Source: Microthyrium microscopicum
Lineage: Eukaryota
NCBI GenBank assembly: GCA_010405405.1
Contig: MU004234.1
Span: 1,763,275 to 1,827,274, forward strand
Direction: 5' to 3'
Length of the DNA: 64,000 nucleotides
Below the pieces are notes generated by a model. The model was not told where the DNA came from, made no database searches, and saw nothing but the letters and a program-made list of their open reading frames with translations. Shown here piece by piece: positions 37,150-47,385 of this stretch (position 1 is the stretch's first letter; each line of letters opens with the position of its first letter). Both the position numbers and the translations under genes were made by a program.

Positions 37150-38528
37150 GTAACTACTATATAAATTTATAAGCCTTTACTTAGGTCTAGCTATAATAAA
37201 GTTATATACTTATATAGTAGTTTTAGTAGCTTTTTTCTAGCTTTAGAAGCAATATTAGTATTAAACTACTCTTTACTAGCTTTAGAAGTAATACTAGTAT
37301 TATCTTTATTACCTTTATTATTATCCTTATCCTCTTTATTAGGCTTATAATCTAAGCCTTTATTATCTTTTATAACTAAGGTTATAAGTTTAGATAGAGG
37401 CTCCTCTTTATTATTATTTAAAAAGGGTAATTTCTATAGCTAGAGGTTCTTAAATTTAGAAGTATTAATTATAAGAAGCTTTAGATCCTCTATTTTAATA
37501 AACGAATCTTTCTTAATAACCTTTTTTATACTAGGTATTAGTATTAATTAACTTCTTAATATTAATAATATAGACTTAAGCTTAAGGGTTATAAATTATC
37601 TTTTTTTAAGAATAATATACTATTAATATATTTTATTCTTACTTATCTTCTTTAACTTTATTATAAAATATTCTATAAAGTTATTAGTAAATATTAACCT
37701 ATTAGTATTAAGGTTATTTAAGATAATTTAGAAGACTTAAGGCTATTTAGATATAGTAATATAAGAAGCTAGAATAAGCTTTTTTCTTAGCTTATAATAC
37801 TTTTCTAGTATAGCTTAAGAAAAGTATCTTACGACTTATTTTTTAACTAGGTTAGTAAAGTTCTAGATTAGTTAATAGGTAATAAATCTATAAGTTATCT
37901 TAAATACTAGTAGATAGTTAGTATATATTATTAGCAAAATATCCTACTTATAAAACTTTTATACCTTCTTTTTTAAAGACTTATCCCTATCTTTATTAAT
38001 TACCTAATCTATAATATATACCAAAATCTAAATATACTATTTAATATTTAATTAAGCTAGTTTTAGCTTATTAGTTAGATCTTTCTTAATACTTTTTATA
38101 TAGTAATATTATATACCTTTCTTTAGTTAGTCCTTTAAACTTAACGTAGCTACTTAATTAGCCTTTACTTAAGTTAATTCTTTACTTATTCTAGTATTAT
38201 ATCTTACCTAATTAGTATAAGCTTTAAAAGCCCTTACTAGAGAAGGTTAATAGCTATTTACTCTTATATTTCCTTCTATTTTAACTAAAGATTAATATAC
38301 TAGAGAATTATTAATCTTAATAATATTCTAAGGATTTATAATAATATAAGGCTTTAGTAATAGCTCTTTATACTATCTTAGATTAGCGTTAGAGTAGTAA
38401 AGCGTAGTAGATAGCTTATTACTTCTTATAAGTATTATTATATTAGAAGGTATATTTATTAGTTTTAAGTAAGTATAGTAGCATAGCTTAGTTTTCTATT
38501 TATAATTAATTATTATACCTAGAGGCAT
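37150..38528 (-). pseudogene. RIP-degraded second ORF of the IS3EU-like element (3' end approximate)
   Basis: ATG at 38528-38526 begins a long frame in tandem with the transposase, with a possible Cys cluster near the N-terminus, a charged middle and an acidic tail with a 42-bp internal repeat (about 37238-37300). Confidence 0.5.
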
Positions 38529-38884
38529 TTTTTTATAATAGCTAGTTAAAATTAAGCTTAGTTTATAAGTAAAGCTATGCTATTAACTATTAGGATCCTA
38601 TTTAATAATAGTAGCTATTAAATAAACGTATAAAGTTATTTTATTAAAATAGAATAATATTTATTAAGGTAGATAATAATAGTAAAGTAAAATAATAAAT
38701 ATTTCCTAAGTAGCAGGATTTATTATTAGAAATATTAATTATACTTTACCTTATAAAGTATTCTTAAAGAAGTAATTAAAGTATATTATATTAAAAATTT
38801 ATAGTTAAAGTATATTATATTAAAAATTTATATATCTTTACTAGTACTAATATAAGATTAAGGTATTCTTATTAAATTAGAACC

Positions 38885-40574
38885 TTAAAATTCTCCTAAT
38901 ATATTTAAATTATATTCTAGTTTAAAGGCTAGACTAGCTTCTCTACTTTCCTTAGCTAATAAGTATTTAGTACTAATCTTATTATATAATATCCTTATAG
39001 TTACTATAACTATAAAATAGTTTAGGTAATCTATAATAAACTACTTACTACTAATTAGAGTAGAGAATAAATTTAAGCGTAGCTTTACCTCTAACTCCTT
39101 ATATACCTCTAAGAATTATTATAGCTAGAGATAAATACGAATAAATAGCTTACTTAGTCTACCTTATTCTCTACTAAGAGGTTTATTAAGATTAAAATTA
39201 ATAAAAGTAAAGAAACTATTATATAGCTTATATATATTTACTAGTAAATAGGTATCTTTATTCTATCTACTTACTACTTACTTTCTTTTCTTTATTAGCT
39301 TTCTAATAATTAGTAACCCTTAATATTTAGTATTAGGAGCTATTATATAAAGGAAGTATAGTTTTCTATTTATAGCGTAAGGCTTTTTCTTTTTATTATT
39401 TATAATCTTATAAGAATTCTAGTTATTAATATATTTCTATATAACTATTTATAAGTATAGTATAAAGATTACTAGTATAGCTATATAGTCTAGATATTTA
39501 TCCTTTATATAGGCTTTCTAATCTTCTAGGGATTTAAAAAATAACTAAAGAATATAATATTAGTTATAAAGAGGCATAAAGGTAAGTACTATTTTCTTAT
39601 ACTTTCTACTTTATAAGCGCTCTACTACTTAGTTCCCTCTACTAACGTTTAATCTACTAGTTCTATATACTAGTTCTATAAAAATAATAATCTTTAAAAA
39701 GGATTACTTACTACTAATTCTCTATTATAAGCTTATAATACGCGTCTACTATTATAACTATTTTATTTCTATAATCTAACTAGATAAATTAAGGCTAAAT
39801 AAGGTTTAGCGTATTAAGTAAATTATTTAAATATTAGTAAAAAGTACTAATGCTTATAGTATTTAAGATACTAACATAATACTAAATAATATATTAAGAG
39901 AATATATTAATATACGTATATATTTTAATTTTAAAATTCTTAAGCTTATTATACTTATTAACTAACTAGACCTAGTTAAGCTCTTTAATAATATAGTCGC
40001 CTTATACTTAATAAGATTACTTCTAACGAGCTTATATTACTTTAAGATCTACTTCCTTCTAAATCTACTATAGAATTTATTATAAAACCTTATATCCTTA
40101 TTTACGTAGCCTATTAACTATTAAGTAGTATCTATAATTCTTAATACTAATATATAATCTATTAAGTTTAGCTTAAAATACTACTAAATCTTTAATATAT
40201 GCTACTTCTCTTTCTTCTTAGAATATATAAAGGTTTTACTATTTAAGTCTTAGTTTCTTATATAGTTACTAAAGTATCTATAGTTTTATATTATAGCTAT
40301 AGACCTAGAGAAGAATATAAAGCTCTTTTTTATTATAGTTCTAGAAATAGAATAGCTATTTAGTAAGTTTCTTAAGTTTTTTTATAATTTTAAGTAGTTT
40401 CTACATAATAATTTTCTATTCTTTAATCTTATAGTATAAGATTAAAAGAAATACTTTAGTATTATAATATTTTTTTAACTACTTAAGTAAATCTTAGTAT
40501 ATATACTCCTTATTATTAATAAGATATTTAATATTAAGGCAATACTCCTCTAAATTAATATAATAAGTAAGTAT
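38885..40574 (-). pseudogene. RIP-inactivated DDE transposase: N-terminal Clr5-like HTH plus IS3/integrase-like core, one intron (39602-39545)
   Basis: Raw translation GDYIIKELN*V*LVNKYNKLKNFKIKIYTYINIFS*YII*YYVSILN...FI*LDYRNKIVII...YRTSI*N**IKR**REL. Reversing RIP transitions gives approximately GDY.V.GPN.VWS.DGHDKL..FGIEIYA.ID.FSR.I.WC.VG.SN...IRSD.G.E...YGTS..NQRIERWW, followed by WNSHKI and GKPYFLY. Confidence 0.85.
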
Positions 40575-40939
40575 CCTAAAAGAATTATTAGTAAATAAAG
40601 TAGAAAGAAAAGAAAAGAAAGATAGAAAAAAGAAAATAGGTAGAAGTTAGAAAAGAAAAAGAACTTATAAATTATCTATAGATAAAAGAATTTCCTATAG
40701 ATAACTTATTAAAGAATATATAATATTACTACGTAGCGTCTTCTAATTTATTATTATATTAAAACTAATATTATATAGTATATACTTTACTAACTATATC
40801 TATATATAGTATTTACTTTTTCTAAGCTTAGAAACTTAATATATTCTTTATTACTCTCTACTATATACTAAGTCTACTCTTATTTATATAAAGATAGTAG
40901 TTACTTACTAAGAATATTATAATAGAGTATTAAGGTTTT

Positions 40940-41153
40940 AGATATTTTATAGTACTATATAACTAAAAATAAATCTTTTTAAAAATACTTTTTAAAGATA
41001 GCTCTTATTAAGGGAAGTCTAGAATAAGTCTTAAAATTATTATAAATAGGGGAATACATTGCTAAATTAGAATTATAATTAAGATTTAGGGGTTGTAGGA
41101 TTTGGTTTTAGTATTCTCTAATATGAATAGGTTGGCCGCTATTATGCGTTATA
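40940..41153 (-). repeat. Right terminal inverted repeat (214 bp)
   Basis: agatattttatagtacta...gatttaggggttgtaggatttggttttagtattctctaatatgaataggttggccgctattatgcgttata is the reverse complement of the left TIR. Confidence 0.95.
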
Positions 41154-41630
41154 CCCGTTAAGGCATTGGCGGTGCCTACGATGTTCTTGTCGAAGAATCC
41201 TGTGCTCCAGACCTGGCATGGGACGAAAGAACCGCCTAGAATACCTACGAAAAATCGAAGGATAATCAGCCCTTTGGCATCTTTGAGAGCGATCGCACAA
41301 GCAGTTGGAATGGCGCCCAAGACGAGCGTGCCGGCGAAGACATATCGTGGGCCGAATCTATCGCATAAAGGGCCACTAATGGCGCGGACGATAAGTGTTG
41401 CTGTGAGGGCGAGGATGTTGGAATTTGCGATTTCGTTCTGGCTGAGATGAAGATCCTTTTTGATCGTTTTGGTGATGAGAGGCGACCAAGCGTACCTGAT
41501 GATGGATTAGGGACTAGATAATTCAATATGTAGAGCTTTGAAGGCATACCACGACATGAAAGCTACCATAAAACCCCACCAGGAGAAGAAGAACACTCGT
41601 CCATAGACATTGAATGGATTTGATACTGGT

Positions 41631-41652
41631 ATCGATCTGGCATCGATCTGGC
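41631..41652 (-). repeat. Perfect 11-bp tandem duplication (ATCGATCTGGC x2) frameshifting exon 1 of the nitrate transporter
   Basis: Removing one copy converts [12 protein letters not shown]...LW* to [32 protein letters not shown]. Confidence 0.9.
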
Positions 41653-42094
41653 TTTCTTATTGACAGGATTCACTTCTGGAGCCTTGAAGAGAACGGTAGG
41701 ATCGAAGGGTAAGAAACCCATGGTTGAATTACTACTTTCGCAGCGTGTAGTCCGACGGATTGTAAGAAAGAGAAAAGACCAAAGTATGCAGCGTCTCAAA
41801 AGTTTGCCATATCAAAAGTACCTGGGGTTCCTTGTTGTAGTAGTCTTGTAGATCAATCAAGTGCAGTGACACTATATATATAGATCTCTAGTAAATTCCA
41901 TCCGGCCACACGCTACGTCTCCATATCTTGCCAGTCGATGAGATCGAATAATCATTGCTTCGAATCATTGAGGTGAATCTCCGGGAGAAGCACACATCTA
42001 GCCAAGTCTTCTCCGATAACATCAATGATCAGCTCAAGAAACATCCATATATCGAGGTTTTGGTGGGAGTTGGAATGTAGTTAGGAAAGAGATT

Positions 42095-42102
42095 CTCCGC
42101 GG
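42095..42102. promoter_or_regulatory. NirA/Nit4 nitrate-induction site CTCCGCGG with nearby GATA (AreA/Nit2) cores
   Basis: Exact match to the CTCCGHGG consensus about 375 bp upstream of the nitrate transporter ATG. GATA/TATC cores at about 41924, 42015, 42236 and 42303. Confidence 0.6.
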
Positions 42103-42704
42103 CAACGATTGCGGATTTCCATAGCCAATGTAAAACCAGCTTTTCATTCGACGTAATGCAGCCAAGGGAATGGTGGTGAAATCCAAGAGAAGTCAAGAAA
42201 GCCAAGGGGAAAAGATTGCGAGGCCAGGCCTTAAATATCAACTTCTCCCCACACGACCCCCACATTGCAGCTCCAAGAGCTAAGATTGAATTGTGTATCC
42301 CTTATCATTTTCTAAGATCGGAGAAAGGAAACAAAATATTGAGAATCTGAATTCAGCTCCTCTAACGTTGATTCTAACTTGGCAATCTTGTGCGTGAACC
42401 TTGTTGGTCTTCATCACCTGCGAATTACCAAGAGACCAACAATGACACTGGAAGAGAACGACTTCTTTGGTACAATTTGTGTGCGAAACAAAATAGACAG
42501 GGCTTACCCCCTAGTCAAGCAACCACAAATCAACAAGCATACCGCACATCATGGCAACACCTTGCGCACATCTAATTGTGTATGAACAAAGTCATTTTCA
42601 TTATGTGTTGCCAACATATACAGTCAGTCAACATTAGAATTACAATAAACATTTTTCTGTCCGCCCATTACAGGCACAGCATCATCTCATCATTCAGCAG
42701 TCCT

Positions 42705-43471
42705 TTACAAGGAAGCATACATGCCCGCACCAACAGCAGCAAACAGCGCAGCAACTGGCACAGATCCCTTGATGGCACCGCTACCCTTGGTTGTGCTGTT
42801 ACCAGAGCTTCCACTGCCTTCAGAGCTGTTGCCAGCGTTTGCATTGACGATCGCAGAGCCACTGACGCCAGTGTCGTTCTTGCATGACCCGCTGTCTAGC
42901 ACAGTCGCGTTCTTGCGGAATACGATATCAGCGCACTACAATCATGGTTAGCCAAGAACAGAATTCTGGAGAGATGGTGTGGTTTACGTTGTAGAGAGCG
43001 GCACCGGTGGAAGAGATGGTGATGACCTGAATGGACGCTTGTGTGCCATCGGTGATGTTTAGCGGCGAGAGTTTCGATTGTCCAACCTTGGACAGGCAGG
43101 TTTGGCCGGCACCGGTCTCGTTGTACATTGGGATGAGCGAGATGTTGAAGGTGGTTACTGCTGCGCCTAGCCCGAGGTTGATTGTGGTGAGGGCGTCGGG
43201 GTGAGAGCTATTCCAGACGACGGAACCGCCGTCAAGTGGCCAGGCAGTGCGGTTGTTGGCGCTGGTTTCTTGACCGATGCCGGCGCCTGCTATGCATTAG
43301 AAAATGGTCAAGTAGTGGTGAGTAGAGGAACGTACATGGGTAAAACCATTGGGAGATGCTTTGGTTGTTGGTGGCAAGGGCGAGAGAATCGGCGCGCCAG
43401 AGAGGGTAGGTGAGATGGAAGTGAGCCATTGCGGCGGGAATGAGTGTGAGGAAAAGAGTCTTGAACTGCAT
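42705..43471 (-). CDS. GPI-anchored copper-binding LPMO-like protein (BIM1/Cbi1, X325 family), 3 exons
   Basis: Signal peptide followed by His1 (AAMA|HFHLTYPLWRADS), QWFYPC|AG, RTAWPLDGGS, INLGLG, CL, ASIQVI..GAALYN|CADIVF, an S/G-rich linker and a hydrophobic GPI tail. Confidence 0.8.
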
Positions 43472-45351
43472 GATGGTGACTTTGGTTCTTGTTGCTAAGT
43501 GTCAATGTGGTTTTCTGATTTCTGGATGAACAAAACGAGGGGTGGAGAAGAAGCTGAACCAAGGAGCAGGGTCAACACTACTTATTATATGTTCCAACAG
43601 GCCAAGCCAGCATGGTCGCATGAAGGCACGGTAGCACGGCAAGCTCTTGCAGGCACAATTTGAAGCTCTGGCCATAACGAGGGAGTAAAAAAGAAGGCTC
43701 CAGGTGAGCGGCGCGAAAAAGAATTACCTCATGGGCTTGTGGAGGCGTGCATGTTCGCGATATGGGAACGCGTTGATTCGTGAGAATGCATGAGCTAGTA
43801 GACTTGCACGAGGGAGGGCCAGGACATGGGGCATGAACGGGAACAACCAAGACGGGCTCTCGGGTAGGCAGGTGGACACTTGAAGGAATTTTGAAGGTCA
43901 CATCAGTATCCAGGCCCTTGAAACCTTGCATATTCGTGGCTTGATACTTGGTTAGCGAAGCGGCTCGGAGAGCTGTAGTTATGGTATAGGTCAGGGTCTT
44001 TCGCGATGAAGATCGCTTGGAAGCGCTGCCATTGCTAATAGTAGACACGGTACATGAACCCGACATCGGGCAAACCATGAGTGCATGTCGACTCTCGCCA
44101 AGATGCACAGCTACATGTGTACTGGCTAGCTATCGCGTATGAATGCAGGATCCGACAGACAGGGACAAAAGGTGAGAGGTTGAAGTTGAAGTTGGAGATG
44201 TGAGACTAAGGTTTGTGGGGTAGAACCACCACCAAGGCTGACTTCAGAAAGCAGCAAAACAACACTCCAGGCTAGCATGGCTGAAATCGGCAAGAAAATT
44301 GAGAAATCTTACATGGGAGGCCAGCCAGGCACTGATTCAAAAATCTCCAACCTCCAGGAACCAACAAAATCGACCTCCTCTGTGCAATAAAAGAGCTCCA
44401 TGCAGCGGATTATATCTTGGCAAGGCTGAGCTTGAATTCTATTGGCCAGAAACTTGCTCAAACATTCGCTCGAGCAGGGCTTGGCACGCTAGGGTCTGCA
44501 TGTTGGAGCATAAGAGGCGTAGAGCTAAGTTCCTGCCTCGCCTAATTTTCTTTCCTACCTTTGTCTGAAAGAAGGTAGAAGATCGTGAGAAAGGCTGGTG
44601 AAGGCGATATATTGGAGCTGGACAGACATGAGGTAGGGATACGCGAGGTTTGTACGGTTGGGAGCCATGGTATGCTTCCCTAAGTTTCCTCATCCCATGT
44701 ATAAAGTCGGAGGAAAAGGTTGCAGTTGGGATTGCGAATGCTTTGCAAATTGCGCAATTCTTCAAATAATCTTGATGTGTTGATAAAAGCACCGAGACAC
44801 TGGTATCCAATAATCTAATGTGCCAAAGTCTAGAATTCTACTTAGTTTCACGCGAGGACACGCGATATACGGAAGTATTATTCGCGATAGACCGTGCCCA
44901 GATATTGATGGAGGAAACATGCTCAAGAAGCGTATCATCTGGTACGTAGAATGATGCTCACGTGCTGGCATTGAATCTAGACATGACAAAAGAAAACTGT
45001 ACCATATAGGTTGATCTCCACATCTCGAAGTGAAATAACGCGTGGAATATCTCCAGGAGTGCCATTGAACTATCAATAAGATCATATAGGCAGATTAAAC
45101 ATGCACTATCCAGACCTCCACAACCCACTCACTGGGAGCCACTATGCCGTCTTCTAGTCCTGTCTTGCCTGTCATATCTATGTACAACATGTCGATCGCC
45201 ATCGTCGCTCGTCCAATACCCGCTCCGTCGGTCCCGTCGACACTCGCAACTTCATGATATTCGTCAGTCATGTCAATGCTAAGTAAGATCCACACATGCA
45301 AATGCCAAAACAACAAAAGATGATCGCAACAACAATCAACAACAAACTTTC

Positions 45352-46937
45352 TCACCAAAAACTACTCTTCTTCTTATGCAACGTCTGCGGCACCGGTATG
45401 CGCTCATCACTCGACCTCCTAAGTCCCAAAAAGCTCTTCTTCGGCTTCGCCTGCTGCTGCACTTGCCCACCCAGATTCAGCATCGAGGCTGCAGGTCTAC
45501 CACCCCCTTGTGCTCCATACGGATGCAGGTACGTGGATGGCCCAGCGGCACCCTGGTACCCTCCCAGATTCACGCTCGTCTGCGCGCCTGCTGCATGGCC
45601 ATACATTGGCGCTGACTGTCTTTGTGGTGGCCGGGGTGGTTGAGAGGATTCAAGAAGGTTAGCCTGATCGCCGTATTTCTTGCGTAGGCGGGCTGTTTCG
45701 CGCTCGACTTCGGCTTCGCGTTTCCGACGCTCTTTGTCTTCTGCTTCGATCATTTTGCGGATACGCCGTGCTTCCATCTCATCTGCTTTCGCCTGCTGTT
45801 GGCGGCGCGCTTCGGCGGTGCGTTTCTCGGATTCTTGTTGTTTGCGGAGACGTGTGGCTTCCGCGTCAATCTGCCATTGCTCGCGGGCGTCCGGGGGTGG
45901 GGCCTGGAGCGGCGGTGTGGATTGCGCACGTCCGTAGGGAGAGTTCGATATGCGATGGGGTTGTGCTGCTGATCCTGGGCGAGGAGGTGGTGTTGGGCCG
46001 GGAGGGCGGACTGCAGCGGGCGAGGTGAGGTTCATGGAGCTGGCGTTGCCATTGAGCATTGGGGTGGACTTTTTGCGGCCAAGAATTCCGCCGCTGTTCT
46101 TGCGAGGCGCTTCGCCTGTGTTGAAGCAGTCTTTGCGTTGTTGGCAGTATACGTCGCGTATGACCCATGCGCTCAGTAGTAGGACTACTTCTAAGCCTTT
46201 GTAGTCTTCCATATCTATTCTGTGGAAGTTTGACTCGTAGAGGGTGATGTCGCGATAATTATGTAATATGGCGACCATGATATCTGGTTCTTTGCCGCCC
46301 TTCTTTTTCTTGTTCGTGTCTGTCGATTTACCTGTTAGGTAACACACGATATTGTTCGATAATGACCCTTCCTTCTTCCACATGAATCGAAGTAGAGGAG
46401 TGGTAGCATCAGCCAGCGGATCATTTGCGCCCCGATCTAAACTGCTTGCGCTGGGAGTTCTAAATGACATTTGAGGCATGGAAAAGTGATATGTATCACT
46501 CCCCCAGTTTGCACGTTTTTCAGTTACAACTACCTGCTGATCTGGATTATAGAGTTGTACTCCAAACTCGGCCGGAATTAGAGGAGCAGGGGCTGGTGGG
46601 ACACCATTCTGAGCGCGTATTTCCTGAGCAGAGAGCGTGGGCTGTTGCCAGTTTGGCCGTAGTAGGACCTCGCCATAGTTTAGATCGGGTACATATGCAT
46701 CAAACAATGCACATGCGTATAAGTTCTTCGCGATAGGGGTCGAAGGGTCTGGAAAGCGGAGGGTGTATCGTGGCTCAGGGTCAGAGTCGTGTTGTGTAAA
46801 AAGGAGGGAGTAGTCATGGCGACTTGTGCGATCTGTGGATGGGCGGAAGAAGTAGGCTATATCAAAGTAAGTTTGAGGCTACCTCAATAGCGGATACTAG
46901 AGTAGTTGAACTTACTGGGGAGGTTAGAGTCCAGCAT
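45352..46937 (-). CDS. Conserved fungal hypothetical protein with a coiled coil and a P/Q-rich C-terminus, 2 exons
   Basis: MLDSNLP|TYFFRP...PEPRYTLRFPDP...YACALFDAYVPDLNYGEVLLRP, QLYNPDQQV, FRTPSASSLDR, KEPDI, LYESNFHRIDMEDYKGLEVVLLLSA, ending LHKKKSSFW*. Confidence 0.85.
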
Positions 46938-47385
46938 CGTGGCTACGCGAGCTGTATGCGGGATCTATGGAGCGCGAGGTAGAGTAGTGCGTTGGCAAAT
47001 GGTGGATGACATGGACGACAGAGAAGTGCCAATAATGACATACACGTCTAGTAAGGGTGACTGAAGTTATGTATAGGGTAAGAGAAGAAGCATAGTAGTA
47101 GGATGTTGTGAAGCTCAAGGCAGTAAGTGACAGGCGCTTTGAAGTCTCCAGGCACGATGAGGGATGAGGCTGAGTAAATCTTGGTCCGTGATCTCCACTT
47201 TTAAAGGATATAAACGGTGGCTTGGCCAGTCAAAGCTGGGGAGCAGCGTTAGGTAGGGGAGTATATATTGTGGCGTTATTATTGCTCTACATTTCCATGA
47301 TTTACGTTGGCCACTATTTCAATTCACTATCACTTATTTCTTGGATAACCTGGCAGTAATATGAATGATCTGGTATGGTTGTATC

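Larger units (their letters stand above)
29930..41153. mobile_element. 11,224-bp RIP-degraded DNA transposon with 214-bp TIRs and a 6-bp TSD (IS3EU-like)
   Basis: TIRs at 29930-30143 and 40940-41153. Termini TATGACGCG... and ...TGCGTTATA. Flanks CCCGTC (29924-29929) and CCCGTT (41154-41159). Encodes a Clr5/integrase-fold transposase remnant. Confidence 0.9.
28774..41721 (-). pseudogene. crnA: High-affinity nitrate transporter (NRT2/CrnA), disrupted by an 11.2-kb transposon and an 11-bp frameshifting duplication
   Basis: 5' part 41721-41154: [22 protein letters not shown]..., [42 protein letters not shown]. 3' part 29929-28774: GGFGNSGGGITYFIMPAIFD, SFGSELAINS, WAAMFGLLNVYGRPLGG, NGANFALVPHVHP, WIRPIPKGQIGGR*. 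Removing the insert and one TSD copy restores ANALTGGFGNSGGG. Confidence 0.93.

Noticed and set aside
29930..41153. Polinton/Maverick or Starship identity for the TIR element
   Set aside because: The 6-bp TSD and long TIRs fit Polintons, but the termini are TAT..ATA rather than AG..CT and no polB, ATPase or capsid motif was readable. No tyrosine-recombinase captain was seen. The transposase motifs are Clr5/IS3EU-type.
43578..45085. ORFs of 89-176 aa between the BIM1-like gene and the hypothetical gene
   Set aside because: No recognisable motifs, splice logic or protein-like composition; treated as intergenic.
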